This document shows positions 1 to 13,658 of a stretch of 64,000 nucleotides of DNA, piece by piece; within the stretch, counting starts at the first letter, position 1; every line of letters starts with the position of its first letter. The position numbers and the translations under genes are program-made. Location of the stretch: assembly GCA_964016885.1 (NCBI GenBank), contig OZ024743.1:362762001-362826000 (forward strand), written 5' to 3'. Below the pieces are notes generated by a model. The model had not been told where the DNA came from. It did no database searches and worked only from the letters and a program-made list of their open reading frames with translations. The DNA is from Eledone cirrhosa (Eukaryota).

Positions 1-75
1 TTGAGCTATCTCTTGTTCTGTCATTTCTCTAATGCGATGAGTGTGTTTGAGTCTAATGCACTCAAGTGTTTTTAT

Positions 76-134
<59 letters not shown>

Positions 135-460
135 TGACGAAAACATAAGTCAATTGCATGAACTCATAATCCTTTATTTACTGCTATATATATTTCGATG
201 ATAGCCATTGAATGGCTATGGCCTCATCAGGCAGTTAGTCAGTTCTTAGATATGCCACCTCTGTGTTTATAGTGTTGATGGTATCGGAGCCTTAGGACAT
301 ATAAGCTTGTTAGGAATAACTTAATGTTGTCAGCAGGAATAGTCTTAATTCTCATTGGTCAGTTTGTAGGTGCTAGTAGGGTTAGTATTTGATCTCAAAG
401 AGGCAGGTGGTGTTGTAAACCGTCAGGCAAGATGACAATAGTTCCATATGAATGATTTTC
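135..460 (-). repeat. Penelope-type solo pseudo-LTR repeat, family X, copy 1 (copy 2 at ~1860-2190)
   Basis: ~325 bp direct repeat of 1860-2190; both copies embedded in (AT)n; contains a hammerhead motif followed by AATAAA on the minus strand. Confidence 0.7.
181..234 (-). ncRNA. Minimal type I hammerhead ribozyme
   Basis: Minus strand reads CTGC-CTGATGA-[stem II containing ATAGCCATT/AATGGCTAT]-GAAA-TATATA-TA-GCAG; stem I CTGC/GCAG; palindromic stem III. Confidence 0.8.
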
Positions 461-484
461 ATATGTATATATATATATATATGC

Positions 485-564
<80 letters not shown>

Positions 565-565
<1 letters not shown>

Positions 566-913
566 TATATATTTCATTTCTGAATTTGTTTAGCAAGATT
601 CTTTACCTGAAAACGTGGATGTAACACATGCGCAAACTAAGCACACAACACACACAAAAAAAAGATGGCGTAGGACAGAACAAAGGAGAGGCACAAAAAC
701 AAAGAAAAGAATCCCCAGTCACTGAAGAGGTCACAGAATGTGTGACGAAAGAACTTTGACAATATATAAACAATCATCTGGTTGTGGAACCAACCAGCCA
801 ACCGGAAATTTATAAATTCCTAAATTTATAAATTTATTGTAATAAATTGAAGTGAAAGCAACTGGTGCGTGTGTTTCTTATTGGTAACATGACCCTCCCA
901 AAGTTTAACAATA

Positions 914-915
<2 letters not shown>
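565..915 (+). repeat. Penelope-type solo pLTR / non-autonomous repeat, family Y, copy 1
   Basis: Near-identical ~350 bp copies at 1135-1485 and 3250-3600; further copies at 31240-31810, 35410-35560 and 56715-56970; carries a hammerhead; 3' end ATGACCCTCCCAAAGT(T/A)TAACAAT resembles the end of the GIY-YIG element at ~29450. Confidence 0.8.
718..760 (+). ncRNA. Minimal hammerhead ribozyme, family Y (also 1286-1328, 3404-3446, 31454-31496 minus, 31628-31670, 56770-56812)
   Basis: GTCA-CTGAAGA-G-GTCACA gaatg TGTGAC-GAAA-GAAC-TT-TGAC; stem I GTCA/TGAC, stem II GTCACA/TGTGAC. Confidence 0.75.
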
Positions 916-971
<56 letters not shown>

Positions 972-1026
972 TATATATATATATATGCATATATATATAC
1001 ATATATATATATATGCATATATATAT

Positions 1027-1133
<107 letters not shown>

Positions 1134-1134
1134 T

Positions 1135-1485
1135 ATATATTTCATTTCTGAATTTGTTTAGCAAGATTCTTTATCTGAAAACGTGGATGTAACACATGCG
1201 CAAACTAACCACACAACACACACAAAAACAAGATGGCGTAGGACAGAACAAAAGAGAGGCACAAAAACAAAGAAAAGAATCCCCAGTCACTGAAGAGGTC
1301 ACAGAATGTGTGACGAAAGGACTTTGACAATATATAAACAATCATCTGGTTGTGGAACCAACCAACCAACCGGAAATTTATAAATTCCTAAATTTATAAA
1401 TTTATTGTAATAAATTGAAGTGAAAGCAACTGGTGCGTGTGTTTCTTATTGGCAACATGACCCTCGCAAAGTTTAACAATATGCA
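1135..1485 (+). repeat. Family Y pLTR repeat, copy 2
   Basis: Direct repeat of 565-915, preceded by (AT)n. Confidence 0.8.
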
Positions 1486-1644
1486 TACATGGACACACTA
1501 GAAGAGGAAGACCAAGGTTAACATATTTTGATGCCCTAAGGACAGACACTGGTCTGTTGGAGATGCAGGATATGGCAGCGATAATGAGGGACAGAGACCG
1601 CTGGAGAGAACTCGTCCATGGATCTCGGGAATTTTACCCGCCTT

Positions 1645-1697
<53 letters not shown>

Positions 1698-1746
1698 TGT
1701 ATATATACATATATATATATATGCATATATATATATATATATATGC

Positions 1747-1782
<36 letters not shown>

Positions 1783-1784
1783 GC

Positions 1785-1816
<32 letters not shown>

Positions 1817-1859
1817 GCATATATATATACACACACACATATATATATATATATATATT

Positions 1860-2190
1860 GTGACGAAAACGTAAGTCAATTGCATGAACTCATAATCCTT
1901 TATTTACTGCTATATATATTTCGATGATAGCCATTGAATGACTATGACCTCATAGGGAATTAGTCAGTTCTTAGATATACCAGCTCTGTGTTTATAGCGT
2001 TGATGGTATCGGAGCCTTGGGACATATGAGCTTGTTAGGAATAATTTAATGTTGTCAGCAGGAATAGTCTTAATTCTCATTGGTCAGTTTGTAGGTACTA
2101 GTAGGGTTGGTATTTGATCTCAAAGAGGCAGGTGGTGTTGTAAAGTTCAAACCGTCAGGCAAGATGACAATAGTTCCATATGACTGATTT
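1860..2190 (-). repeat. Family X pLTR repeat, copy 2 (hammerhead core mutated)
   Basis: Direct repeat of 135-460; CTGATGA core reads CCTATGA. Confidence 0.7.
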
Positions 2191-2223
2191 TCATATATAT
2201 ATATATATATGCATATCTATCTA

Positions 2224-2289
<66 letters not shown>

Positions 2290-3249
2290 TATATATATAT
2301 GCATATATATATATGCATATATATGCATATATATATATATATATATGCATTTAATACAATAACAGAGATAGTTTAAAGCTAAACTCTGACTGGTAACCAT
2401 CTCACTCAACAAACATTAGTTTATATTAAAATATAAACCCAATTTAAGTGTTTGGGGTGCTAACAATATGTATAATGTGGAAAAACCAGTTGTATTATTT
2501 TATGAGATATAATTAAAGTTAAAGTATATCTCTCTTTCCAAACAATTGTTTCATTATAAGTTTTCTACAAGTTGAGAGAATGTTTCCAGTTTATGTAGAA
2601 GCCTAATATATATTCATGTAAGAATATATTTAGGTGGGCACTTATAAATCATCAGTGGAAGCCCGTTAAACATTGATATAAGAAAACAATTTCTTACCGC
2701 TGTCAAAAATCGTGTCCGTAAAGTTGCTCTCTCTCACCTCGAATGACTGCCAAATTTGAAATTCCAGCAGTTTTTGACTGAGGAAGTAACATAGCGACAC
2801 GAACCGGGAAGGGGAGACAACCCACGATCCACGAAATGAGGAAAAAAAATAATATACACGCGGGTTAATTAGTTTTTTTGAAAACATTATCAATCCAACG
2901 TGTTTAAGAACTCAATTGAAAATAAAAAAAATAAATATATGCTTGTACAAATCACACACGCATATAGATATTTTCTTAGGCTAAATCAGAAGTTGTACCC
3001 GAAAAAGAACCGCTTCTCATAACCGCAGTAAATGCAGAAAGTTATGCTATAAAGGGCAAATGGGAATATAATTCTCCGGCCGAATTAAGAGTAAAATATA
3101 AAACACACGCGGGTTAATTAGTTATTTCAAAACCAATATTAATTCCTCGTGTAAAGAACTCAATTAATAAAAGAAAATAAATATATGCATGCAATTACAC
3201 ACGTAGGCATACATATATATTTTCTTAGGCTAAAAACAGAGAAGTTATG

Positions 3250-3725
<476 letters not shown>

Positions 3726-4304
3726 TATATATACATATATATATATATAGTACAAGAATAAAGGAACAAAGAATCAGTGTTCCATCATAACATTTAATAA
3801 CATATTACATATATATATATATATTCATATATATATATATATATCGTTGCTTTACCATCTTCGTTTGTTTACACTCTCGCTCTTTCCCCTTATTTACGTC
3901 TCCCAACGACTTTCTTTAGCCGTTGCTCACACCAACCGGTGGTCTATGGTCTTTAAAGCGATGAAATACCAATGATGGTTGGAAGATCACTGCTGAAGGA
4001 CTAACTTTATTCATATATATTATAATAATAATAACAACAACAATAATAATAATTGTTTCTACTTTTGGCCACAAGGGCCGACATATAGGGGACAATACAA
4101 AAGACTGGGACAGTGGGGGGTTACATAAATAACGTGTAAACAACATAAATAACAATAACAAAATAACAACAAAAATACAAGAAAGATTCCCCAATTGGGG
4201 GGATGACCACCCAGGGTTCACTCAGGTACCCCACCAATCCTGAACGACCCGACGCTTCGAGAGCACCAGGGAAGGGCACCCCTCTCCTCCTCAAATTCAC
4301 CCAC

Positions 4305-7300
4305 CTACAGGCGTATGATCAGAAAAGGCCCACTCACACGGACCATTCACCCACCTTTCAGCAAATGTACTGGGGGGCAGCACTTCTCACTCCACCCTCA
4401 CCTTTCTTTCCAAGTGAAACTTGAGAAAGTTGATGAGGGATTGGCCGAAGAGAAAAGTGTCTGTCTTCTGTCCTTTCAATCTGGCCCACCATTCAACCTC
4501 TTTCGCTACTGCCACGAGACAGAGGAAAATTGCCTGCCCTTCCTGGCCAAAAGAAGGTGGCGGGTCGATCTTCACAATGGATTCAGCCGATAGCCGGATC
4601 CGTTCTACACGCGACAACAGCTGTTCGACATTACTCCACAAGTCAGTAATGCACGGACACTGGACGAGTGCGTGCAGAACGGTTTCGTCGCTCTGCGCGT
4701 ATCTCGGGCAGGTCAGTCTGACAGCACTTCCGTGCCTGTAGAGTTTATCTCGAACCGGCAGTGCCCCTCGATAGTACTGCCAAGCGAGGGATTTTTGGAA
4801 ATTATCCACGTCCCCGACTCGAAAGTCCTCCGGAACAGACTGTTTAGTTCGACTTCGTCGACGCCCAGAGCCTCTCCGAGAGCGTCGTCTCACTTGCCCA
4901 CCACTAATCCTCTATAGAACTCGAGAGTGGAAGTTTCACTGACCACATTTCCCGCCTGTAGAGAGCAGTGAGTGCCTGGCAACATTCCAGATGCCAGTCA
5001 TCCAGTCTCGGGCTCCTCTTGACCCAGGACTGCAGCTCAGTCAAAGAAACGAGCTGCGGAAAGGCCCGTCTGACAAATGGCGACATAACCTGTTCACCGT
5101 TTAGGCAGAATATCTGGAGATGCCGCAGCCTCAGCGCGTGTCTGCGCATCATTAGCCACAGCATGCCCAGCCCTCCACGTAGAGGGTTCTGGCAGCAGTG
5201 GACCGCCTCACCAACGGAACCTGACCCCTCCACAATAATTTAAAGAGGAGTTGCTCCAAGTTGGCGAGGCGAGAACGGGGGCAAGGGACGACGGTCAGGC
5301 GGTAGTAGATGACGGACGCGATGTACGCGTTCACCATCTCCCCCGACCTTTCAGTGATAGCTTCCTCGCAGCCCATTTCTGGGTGAGACAGGCTACCCTA
5401 CTCGTCACCTCGTCCCAATTCTTATCCGTCTGACCCTAACCAAACCCCGAGTAACTTTACCGGTCCGTCCGTCCAGCGCCCAACGACGCTGTTGGACGAC
5501 ATGGACTTTCCTCCCCAGATGCCGAGTTGCAAGCCCACCGACCTTTCCGGGTTAAGCTTTGCTCCCGTCAACCTTTCATATTCCTCCAATAAGCTGCCGA
5601 CCACCTCGATTTCTGAGATGTCCGATACCATCACGGTGATGTCGTCCGCATAAGCCGGCACAGCCTTTCCGCGTCCTGATTCGAGCGGGATGCCCTGCAA
5701 CAGCTCCAGCCTCCACAGTAAAGGCTCGAGAGTCAATACGTACAGAAGGGAGGAGAGAGGGAAACCTTGACGGACCGATCGGGAGATCTGAAACGGTTCC
5801 GAGAGGTGGCCATTAACTTTGACCACTGACCAGATGCCGCTGTGCATTGCAGCGATCCAGCTTCTGAAGACGGGCCGAAGCCAGCTGCCTTAAGGACAGC
5901 CTCCAGGTACCGATGGTCGACCCTATCGAATGCTTTTGATTGATCTAAATTGATCAGAAACCCACCGAAGCCAGGTTTACACCCTACCCTCTCTATGATA
6001 TATCGAATCAGTTGGAGGTTTTCGTGTATGGACGTGGTTGGGATTGCCAAGTTTGCGCCTCCCCAACCAAATCCTTGACGACAAGCGCCAACCTCTTCGC
6101 TAACACCTTGACCAAAATCTTAAACTCTGTATGGAGCAGGGTATGGGCCTGAAATTGTCTAATGTGTCCCTCTTGTTCTCATCTTTCCATATCAGCGTCA
6201 CTATGCCCCGGCTCACAGAACTGAACTGGGATTACTCTCGTTTTGCTGCCAGTTGCAGTAGAGCGCTTCGAGGAGATTGGAGAACAAGTCTGGCATATTT
6301 ACGTAAAGCTCGTAGGCAGACCATCCAAACCTGGTGACTTGCGCCTCATGCAGCCGACAAGGGCATCCTGAATCTCTCGGCTGAAGTAATCGGCCTTTCG
6401 CAGCGCTCAGAGTCAGCTGTCGAGAGTTGCGGCAAGCCATCGAGGTAGGGACTGAAGTCCGCCACCGTCTCTGACCCGCCACTTCCCCCGAACAACCGAG
6501 CAAAATGTTGGCAAAAGGCCTCACACATCCGCTTGGAGTTGCTCAGCTCGTGTCCGTCTCGGTCCGTCAAAGACTGAATCGTGGTTTTATTACCACGCGG
6601 GCCCATCGAACAGCTTTGGTTCCTTCGTTTCTCAGAACACGCGCCTTAGCTCTGACAATCCAACCTTCGTGTTTCGCATTGAAGAAATGATCTAATGCCA
6701 TTCTCGCCGCTAGTTCGTCAGTTGCAATTCCACTACCAATATCCTCGTCTAACTTATCTAGCAGCTCCCCCTCCTTTCTATTTTTCTCTAACGCTACTTC
6801 TTTGCTAAACCCTATCGACATTACTCTAATCTCTCTTTTGAGAGCCCCCCACCATCTATTGTTGACGACTCCTCCTGTCAACTTTTTCTTAACTAAATTG
6901 TTGACCCGGTCCCAGTAAGCCTTGCGTGCTGGAAACGACATGTTCAGCTTCCAGTAACCAGGTCCTAGCCTACGCGTCTTATCTAGGTCGACCATACAGA
7001 TCACAAACTTGTGATCTGAATAGGCGACCGTATGTAATTGTGGACACCCTATACTATCCTTATCCACTAATCTAATTAGAAACCTATCTAAGTACGATCT
7101 AGATGTACCTAAACGATTTGTCCAGGCCCACACTGGCGCATTAGGGAAATCTAGTCGGTACCTGTCAGACAGTTGGAACTGGTTGATAAGGTACTTGAGA
7201 CTTTTGACAGTCCCAGCGTGCGTCTAAGATGCCGTTCCGGTCCACCGCTAACAGTAAAAGGCGAAACGTACCCAGAAAGGCTTCCAGGCGTCTAAAGAAA

Positions 7301-7660
7301 TCCGGCCGTCCTTCCCCTGTAGGGGCGTAGAGGGCCACTAGTCTAAAGGCACCACCTTCGCTATTGTTCACGTACAGGACCACCAGCTTACCGTCCAGGT
7401 CTTGGAAGATCGACCATACCTCGAGATCCAGACTTTTCCTAAACAGCACCCCCCCCCCCTCTCATTCCCGGCGGACTAATAGATGCAAAGATCTGATAGT
7501 CGTCGAAAATGGGGGCTTGTGCGCGCGTGTCGGAAATCCTGGTCTCGCTGACGGCAAGTGCATCCATTTCTAGAGACCTGAGGTCGTTGAGCAGGTGACC
7601 CTGCTTCCAGGACGATCCCAGGCCTCTAACATTTAAACATCCTACTCTTAATATCGCCAT
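4305..7660 (-). pseudogene. ORF2 of copy A (APE endonuclease + reverse transcriptase), frameshifted
   Basis: Fragments MAILRVGCLNVRGL, SYLDRF, SDHK, GPGYWKLN, LDQSKAFDRVDH, AYADDIT, CPRYAQSDETVLHALVQC distributed over several frames. Confidence 0.9.
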
Positions 7661-7693
7661 GTTGGCAGGCTAAATGAGAGAGGAAAGGTTTAC

Positions 7694-8303
7694 TTACCTC
7701 CCGGGCTCTTGTGAAGGTCGGGTGGTTCGACCTCCAAATTTGGTGGGGTTTCTTTGGGGAATCCCTTTAAAAGCCTACTTGAGGCTTTTACACTAGGTGT
7801 TCCCACGTCGTTGGGGAAGCCCTCCCTAATTGTTTTATAATTGCTTAGTGCCATTCGCACCAGCAAAAGTGTTTGTGGCACCTTGAAGGTGCAGGTGTTA
7901 AATACCTCCCCCTCTTTCTCTATTTCCTTACTTCGTGTTATTAGGTTTTGTGTTCGATTTCCTCACTAACACGAAGTTAGGTGTTGTTATGGTTGTAAGT
8001 TGTTGCTGTGTATTTTCTTTTAGTTGTTTGTGTTAGTGATAGTGTTGTTGGTGGAGATGGTGTTTGTGTTGACGGTTGTGTTTTTGCGGGGGAGGGTGTT
8101 GTAGTATGTGTGTCTGTGTTTGGTGCCAATGTGTCTTTTTTCTTTGCTGTTTGTGTTGGTGTGTGAGATTTCTTCTTGTGTTTTCTTTTTTGTCTTTTTT
8201 CTTTTTTAGCTTTTGGTGTTCCTCCTCATTTTCGCTTAGTGATGAAGAGGTTTCTGTGTTTGTGTCAGACGTAAGTGACAGTGCGTGTATGGGTGTGTGT
8301 GTT

Positions 8304-8355
<52 letters not shown>

Positions 8356-9792
8356 TGAGAGGGAGGGCGGGAGAGCTTCTTTGGAGTGGCCCCTGGGTAG
8401 TCTTGGTTGGCTTTGCAGTTGGTTGTTGTTGGTTCTGCTGGTGTTGCTGCTGCAGATTTTGTTGTTGGTGTTGTTATTTCGCGAAGAGGCCCCGGCGTCA
8501 GCAGCAGTGGAGAATTTTGACCCCTTGCATTTTTCAACAGCTGAGAGTAGGAGGCTCGCAAGTGTGTTTTTTCGCCGCAACCGAAACAGTGCGGCCTTTT
8601 ACCCCTCAGCCATCACTTGTAGAGCCGTCCCGTTTTGGAGGCGGATTTTCTCCAGGATTTTCTTTATCTCTTCAGGTTTTATCTGGAGATACTTCTTGTC
8701 CTGGTTACCTTTATTTGGGCGTCATCTGACACCTCCACAATCACGCATCCCAAGAGCCACCACATATCTAGTCCAGGTGGAATCCTGGGAATGCGGACGC
8801 TAATTGTTCTTTTTCCCATGTGGGAGGGGTACATAATAACCTTGCTGGTTTTGCAAGGGGTTTTTCGAGTGCTTCAAAGCGTTGGCCTCCGACTTAAACA
8901 GCATGGAGATGATGTCGTAATGTTGACCCCTCACTACGTACTCTGTATCTCCTCTGATGCATCTCAGCGCAGCCTCGACGTCCGCTTGGGGAGAGGTTAT
9001 GGCTCTTTTCTTCTCAGCTGTGATGCATCTGAAGACCAGAGTTCTCTTCTCCGCCGCTTCTATGACCTCTGCCGAGACAGTTAAGTTGGCCCAGGTTTGC
9101 TCCTGTTTGATGAGCTTCCATGCCTGAGCCAACTTCGCTTCCTTGTCTGTCAAGTCCATGTTGAGGCATGGCCTTTTCTTTGCTGCTGCCGCAGCGAAAA
9201 TGTTCTTGTTGTTGTTGTTGTTGTTGTCGTTGTTGTTGTTGTTGTCGTTGTTGTTGTTGTTGTCGTTGTTCTTGTTGGTGTTGTTGCTGTTATCACTGTT
9301 GCAGTTGGTTATATCTTTGGGGTCGCCGCTGCTGCTGCTCTCGGTGCAGCTGGAATTGTTGCTGTTGGTGCTGTCGCTGTTTATGTTCTGGTTAGTGGTG
9401 TTAATTTCGTTGTTGTTTTCGTTGATATTGTTGCTGCTGCTATTGTTGTTATTGTTGTTGTTGTTGTGGTTGTCACTGTTGTAGATATTGTTGTCTTTGT
9501 TGTCGTTCTTTCAGTTGTTTTTGTTGTTGTCATTATTGCAGTTGTCGTTGTTGCTGGTGCTGTTGTTCTTGTTCACGACTGTTTTTTTTTTTTTACTGTT
9601 TTTGGTAATGTCGCTGTTGTTGCTGTTGTCATTTTTGTTTATATTTGTGTTCTCACTGTTGTTGCTGGTGTTGTTGCCTGATGTTTTGTTACATTTTAAA
9701 ATTGTTGCGGGAGGGGCAGCGTTTTTAACTGCAAAGTTTGACTCGCTGTCGCAAGTCAGTAAACTCAATGTAGGGGGGCGTGACTCCGCCAT
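7694..9792 (-). pseudogene. ORF1 of copy A (Asn/Thr-rich N-terminus, degenerate zinc knuckle), frameshifted
   Basis: MAESRPP start, (AAC)n-encoded low complexity, RPHCFGCGEKTHLRAS, C-terminal block FPNDVGTPSVK similar to the other copies. Confidence 0.75.
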
Positions 9793-10274
9793 GTTTTTGT
9801 TTTTTTGATAAAAACTTACTTTTAAACACACAAAGTTTAAATATTTGGGCCAAATGGCCCAAATATTATGTGGAGTCCTTTCTTGGGGTTAAAGACTAAA
9901 GTCTTATTTCCCGTTTGAAACAAAAATATTAATGACAAACCTATTTCAAACCGTAGAAAAAACAAATTTACGAGCTCACGATAGTACGTCCGTTCGCTTC
10001 AGCGACCAATAATAATAATAATGATTTCATTTATTGGCCACAAGGGCCGACATATAGGGGACAACACAATAGACAGGGACAGTGGGGGTTTACATAGAGA
10101 TCGAGTAAGTATAAATAACAAAAAACAAAATAACAATAAAAATACAACAATGAAAGTTCCCCAATAAGAGGGATCACCACCCAGGGTTGACTCAAGCACC
10201 CCACCAGTCCTGAGCCACCCGACGCTCCTAGGGCACCCGGGAAGGGAACCCCTCTCCTTCTCGAATTCACCAGC

Positions 10275-13200
10275 CTACAGGCGCATGATCAGAGTAGGCC
10301 CACTCACGCGGGCCATTCTCGCCACATTCACCCACCTTTCAGTAAATGTACTGGGAGGCAGCACTTCTCTCTCCACCCTCACCTTCCTTTCCAAGTGAAA
10401 CTTGAAGAAGTTGATGAGGGATTGGCCGAAGAGAAAAGTGTCTGTCTTCAGTCCTTTCAACCTGGTCCACCATGCAACCTCTTTCGCTACTGCCACCAGG
10501 CAGAGGAAAATTGCCTGCCCTTCCTGACCAAAAGAAGGCGGCGGGTCAATCTTCACTATGGACTCGGACGATAGCCGGATCCGTTCTACACGCGACAATA
10601 GCTGTTCGACATAACCCCACAAGTCAGCAATGCACGGACACTGGGCGAGTGCGTGCAGAACGGTTTCGTCGCTCTGCGCGCATCTCGGGCAGGTTCGTCT
10701 GACAGCACTTCCGTGCCTGTAGAGTTTATCCCGAACCGGCAGCGCCCCCCGGTAGCACTGCCAAGCGAGGGATTTCTGGAAGTTATCCATCGTCCCCGGC
10801 TCGAAAGTCCTCCGGAACATACTGGTCAGTTCTACTTCGTTGACGCCTAGAGCCTCTCCTAGTACGTCATCGTACTTGCCCTCCACTAATCCTCTATAGA
10901 AATCTTGAGTGGAAGTTCCACTGACCTCATTGCCCACCTTGCAGAGTGCAGTGAGCGCCTGGCAACATTCCAGATGCCAGTCGCCCAGTCTCGGTCTCTT
11001 CTTGACCCAGGACTGCTGCTCAGTCAAAGAGATGAGCTGCGGAAAGGCCCGTCTAACAAACGGCGACCACACCTGTTCACCGTTTAGGCAAAATATCTGG
11101 AGATGTCGGAGCCTCAGCGCATGTCTGCGCATCATTAGCCACGGCATGCCCAGCCCTCCACGAAGAGGGTGCTGGCAGCAGATGGACCGCCTCACCAACG
11201 GGACCCGTCCCCTCCACAAAAATTTGAAAAGGAGCCGTTCCAAATTGGCGAGGCGTGGACGGGGGCAAGGCACGACGGTCAGGCGGTAGTAGATGACGGA
11301 CGCGATGTACGCGTTAGCCACCTCCGCTCGACCTTTCAGGGATAGCTTCCTCTCGGCCCATTTCTGGGTGAGAGAAGCCACCCTGCTCGTCACCTCGTCC
11401 CAGTTTTTGTCCGTCTGGAGGTCTGGACCGAACCAGACCCCTAGCAATTTAACCGGTCCGTCCGTCCAGCGCCCGACGACGCTGTTAGACGGCATGGACC
11501 TGCCTCTCCAGGTGCCGAGCTGCAGGCCCACTGACTTTTCCTGGTTGATCATTGCTCCTGTCACCGCTTCGTATTCTCTTAGTGTAGTGCCGATCGCCTC
11601 GATGTGTTTGGCGTTCGACACCACTACGGTGACATCGTCCGCATATGCTGACAAGGATCTTCCACATTCTAGTTCGCGCGGGACCCCCCTCAACGTCTCC
11701 AGTTTGTGCAGTAATGGCTCGAGAGTCAATACGTACAATAGGGACGAGAGGGGACATCCTTGGCGGCCCGAGCGCATGATGTTGAACGGTTCCGAAAGGT
11801 GACCGTTCACTCTCACTACAGAGCAGATGTCGCTGTGCATGGCAGCGATCAAGCCTCTGAAGACGGGCCCAAAGCCAGCCGCCCTCAGGACTGCCGCTAG
11901 GTAACGATGGTCGACCCTATCGAAGGCTTTCGACTGATCTAAATTGATCGATGTATCGCATGAGGTGGAGGTTGTCGTGGATGGATCTGTCGGGAATGGC
12001 GCATGTCTGTGCCTCTCCCACCAGACCACCAACGACAAGCGCCAACCTCTTTGCTAGCACCTTGGCCAAAATCTTGAACTCTGTGTTTAGCAGAGTTATG
12101 GGCCTAAAATTATCTATGTTATCCCTCTTGTTCGGATCCTTTCTCAGCAGCGCCACAGCTCCTCGGCTCACAGAGCTGGGAATTCTCCGGTTCTGTTGCC
12201 AGTTGCAGTAGACGTCCGCCAAGAGGCCTCCGAACAAGTCTGGCATTTGTACGTAAAGTTCATAGGGCAGACCATCTAAACCAGGCGATTTACTCCTTGT
12301 GCAGCCAGTCATTGCCTCCCGTACTTCAGCGGTTGTTATCGGCTTTTCGCAACACTCCGCCTCAGTGGCCGAAAGCCGCGGCAGTCCGTCGAGGTAGACA
12401 CTAAAGTCCATCCCTCGATCCGGCCCGTCACTGCCCCCGAACAGTTGAGCGAAGTGTCGCTGAAAAGCTTCACACATTTGCCCGGGATCGAGTAGCATGC
12501 GCCCGTCGTGGTCCACCAAAGACCGGATCGTGGCTTTGTTGCAACGACGCGCCTCCACCACTCGGGCCCATTGAAAGGCTTTCGTCCCCTCGTGTCTGAG
12601 AGCATGCACCCTAGCTCTGACAACGCAGCCTTCGTGCTTTGCATTGAAGAATTGGTCAAGGGCCAATTTCGCCGCAAGTACGTCGGTCGCGTTGCCTTTG
12701 CTAAGCGCCTCGTTTAATTTTCTAACTAATTCTCCCTCTGCTCTATTTTTCTCTATTGCTAAAGCCTTACTAAACCTAATGGACTCTATTCTAATTGCTC
12801 TTTTCAGAGCAAACCACCACTTGTTGTTGACGATGGCCCCTGTCAACGCCCGCTTAACTAGTTCGCTAATCCGGTCTCTGTAGGCCTTGCGCGCTGGTAA
12901 GGAAGCATTTAGCTTCCAGTAGCCGGGTCCTCGTCTATGAAGCCTATCTAAGTCAAGCACACAGATCACGAATTTCTGGTCTGTGTAGCTGACTATCTTG
13001 AATTGTGGACAGCCTATGCTAGACCTATCTATTTCCCTACAAAATACTCTATCTAGATATGATCTGGATGACACTATGCGATTTGTCCAAGTCCACATTG
13101 GTACATTCGGGAAATCCTATCCGTACCTGTCAGACAGTTCAAAACGCCTGAGCAGGTTGGTGAGACTCTTGCACCCTCCTCCCCTATCCACTAATCCCAC

Positions 13201-13658
13201 ACAGTCCCAGCGTGCATCTAAGATCCCGTTCCAGTCGCCCACTAACACTAAAGAGCGGGACGGTCCAAGAAAGGTCTCCAGACGCCAGAAGAAATCAGGC
13301 CGCCCTGCTCCTGTCGGGGCATAGACGGCCACTAACCTGAAAGCTTGCCCGTCTCCGCTGGTCACGTCCAGCACCACCAACTTACCTTCTGGGTCCAGGA
13401 AGATGGCCCGTATGGCAAGATCCAAACCTCTCCGAAAAAGCACAGCAACTCCCCCCCCCCCGATCCCGGACGGCTGGGAGATGCGTACACCTCGTAGCCG
13501 CCGAAGATCGGTGCGAAGGCCCGTGCTTCGGAGATTCTGGTCTCGCTGATGGCCACTACATCTATGTTTAGTGACCTGAGGTCGTTGAGCAGGTGGCCCT
13601 GCTTCCATGACGACCCCAAACCACGCGCATTTATGCTGCCTATTCTGAGTGAGGTCAT
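10275..13658 (-). pseudogene. ORF2 of copy B (APE + RT + Cys/His domain), few frameshifts
   Basis: ORFs 13362-13658, 13117-13692, 11917-13098 and 10275-12038 with SINARGL, GDWN, SPGLDG, FRPITLLN, QGCPLS, YADD, CPRC motifs. Confidence 0.92.

Larger units (their letters stand above)
4052..10007 (-). mobile_element. Tx1/L1-clade non-LTR retrotransposon copy A, full length, decayed; (ATT)n-associated subfamily
   Basis: 5' UTR, ORF1, ORF2 (APE, RT YADD, Cys/His domain) and 3' UTR; starts with GG immediately after (ATT)n at 10008-10022 and ends in (ATT/GTT)n at ~4022-4051. Confidence 0.92.

Noticed and set aside
9097-9808. Long poly-Val, poly-Leu and poly-Cys ORFs that look like membrane or metallothionein proteins (also 54635-56158)
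   Set aside because: Antisense readings of the (AAC)n/(CCA)n tracts in ORF1.
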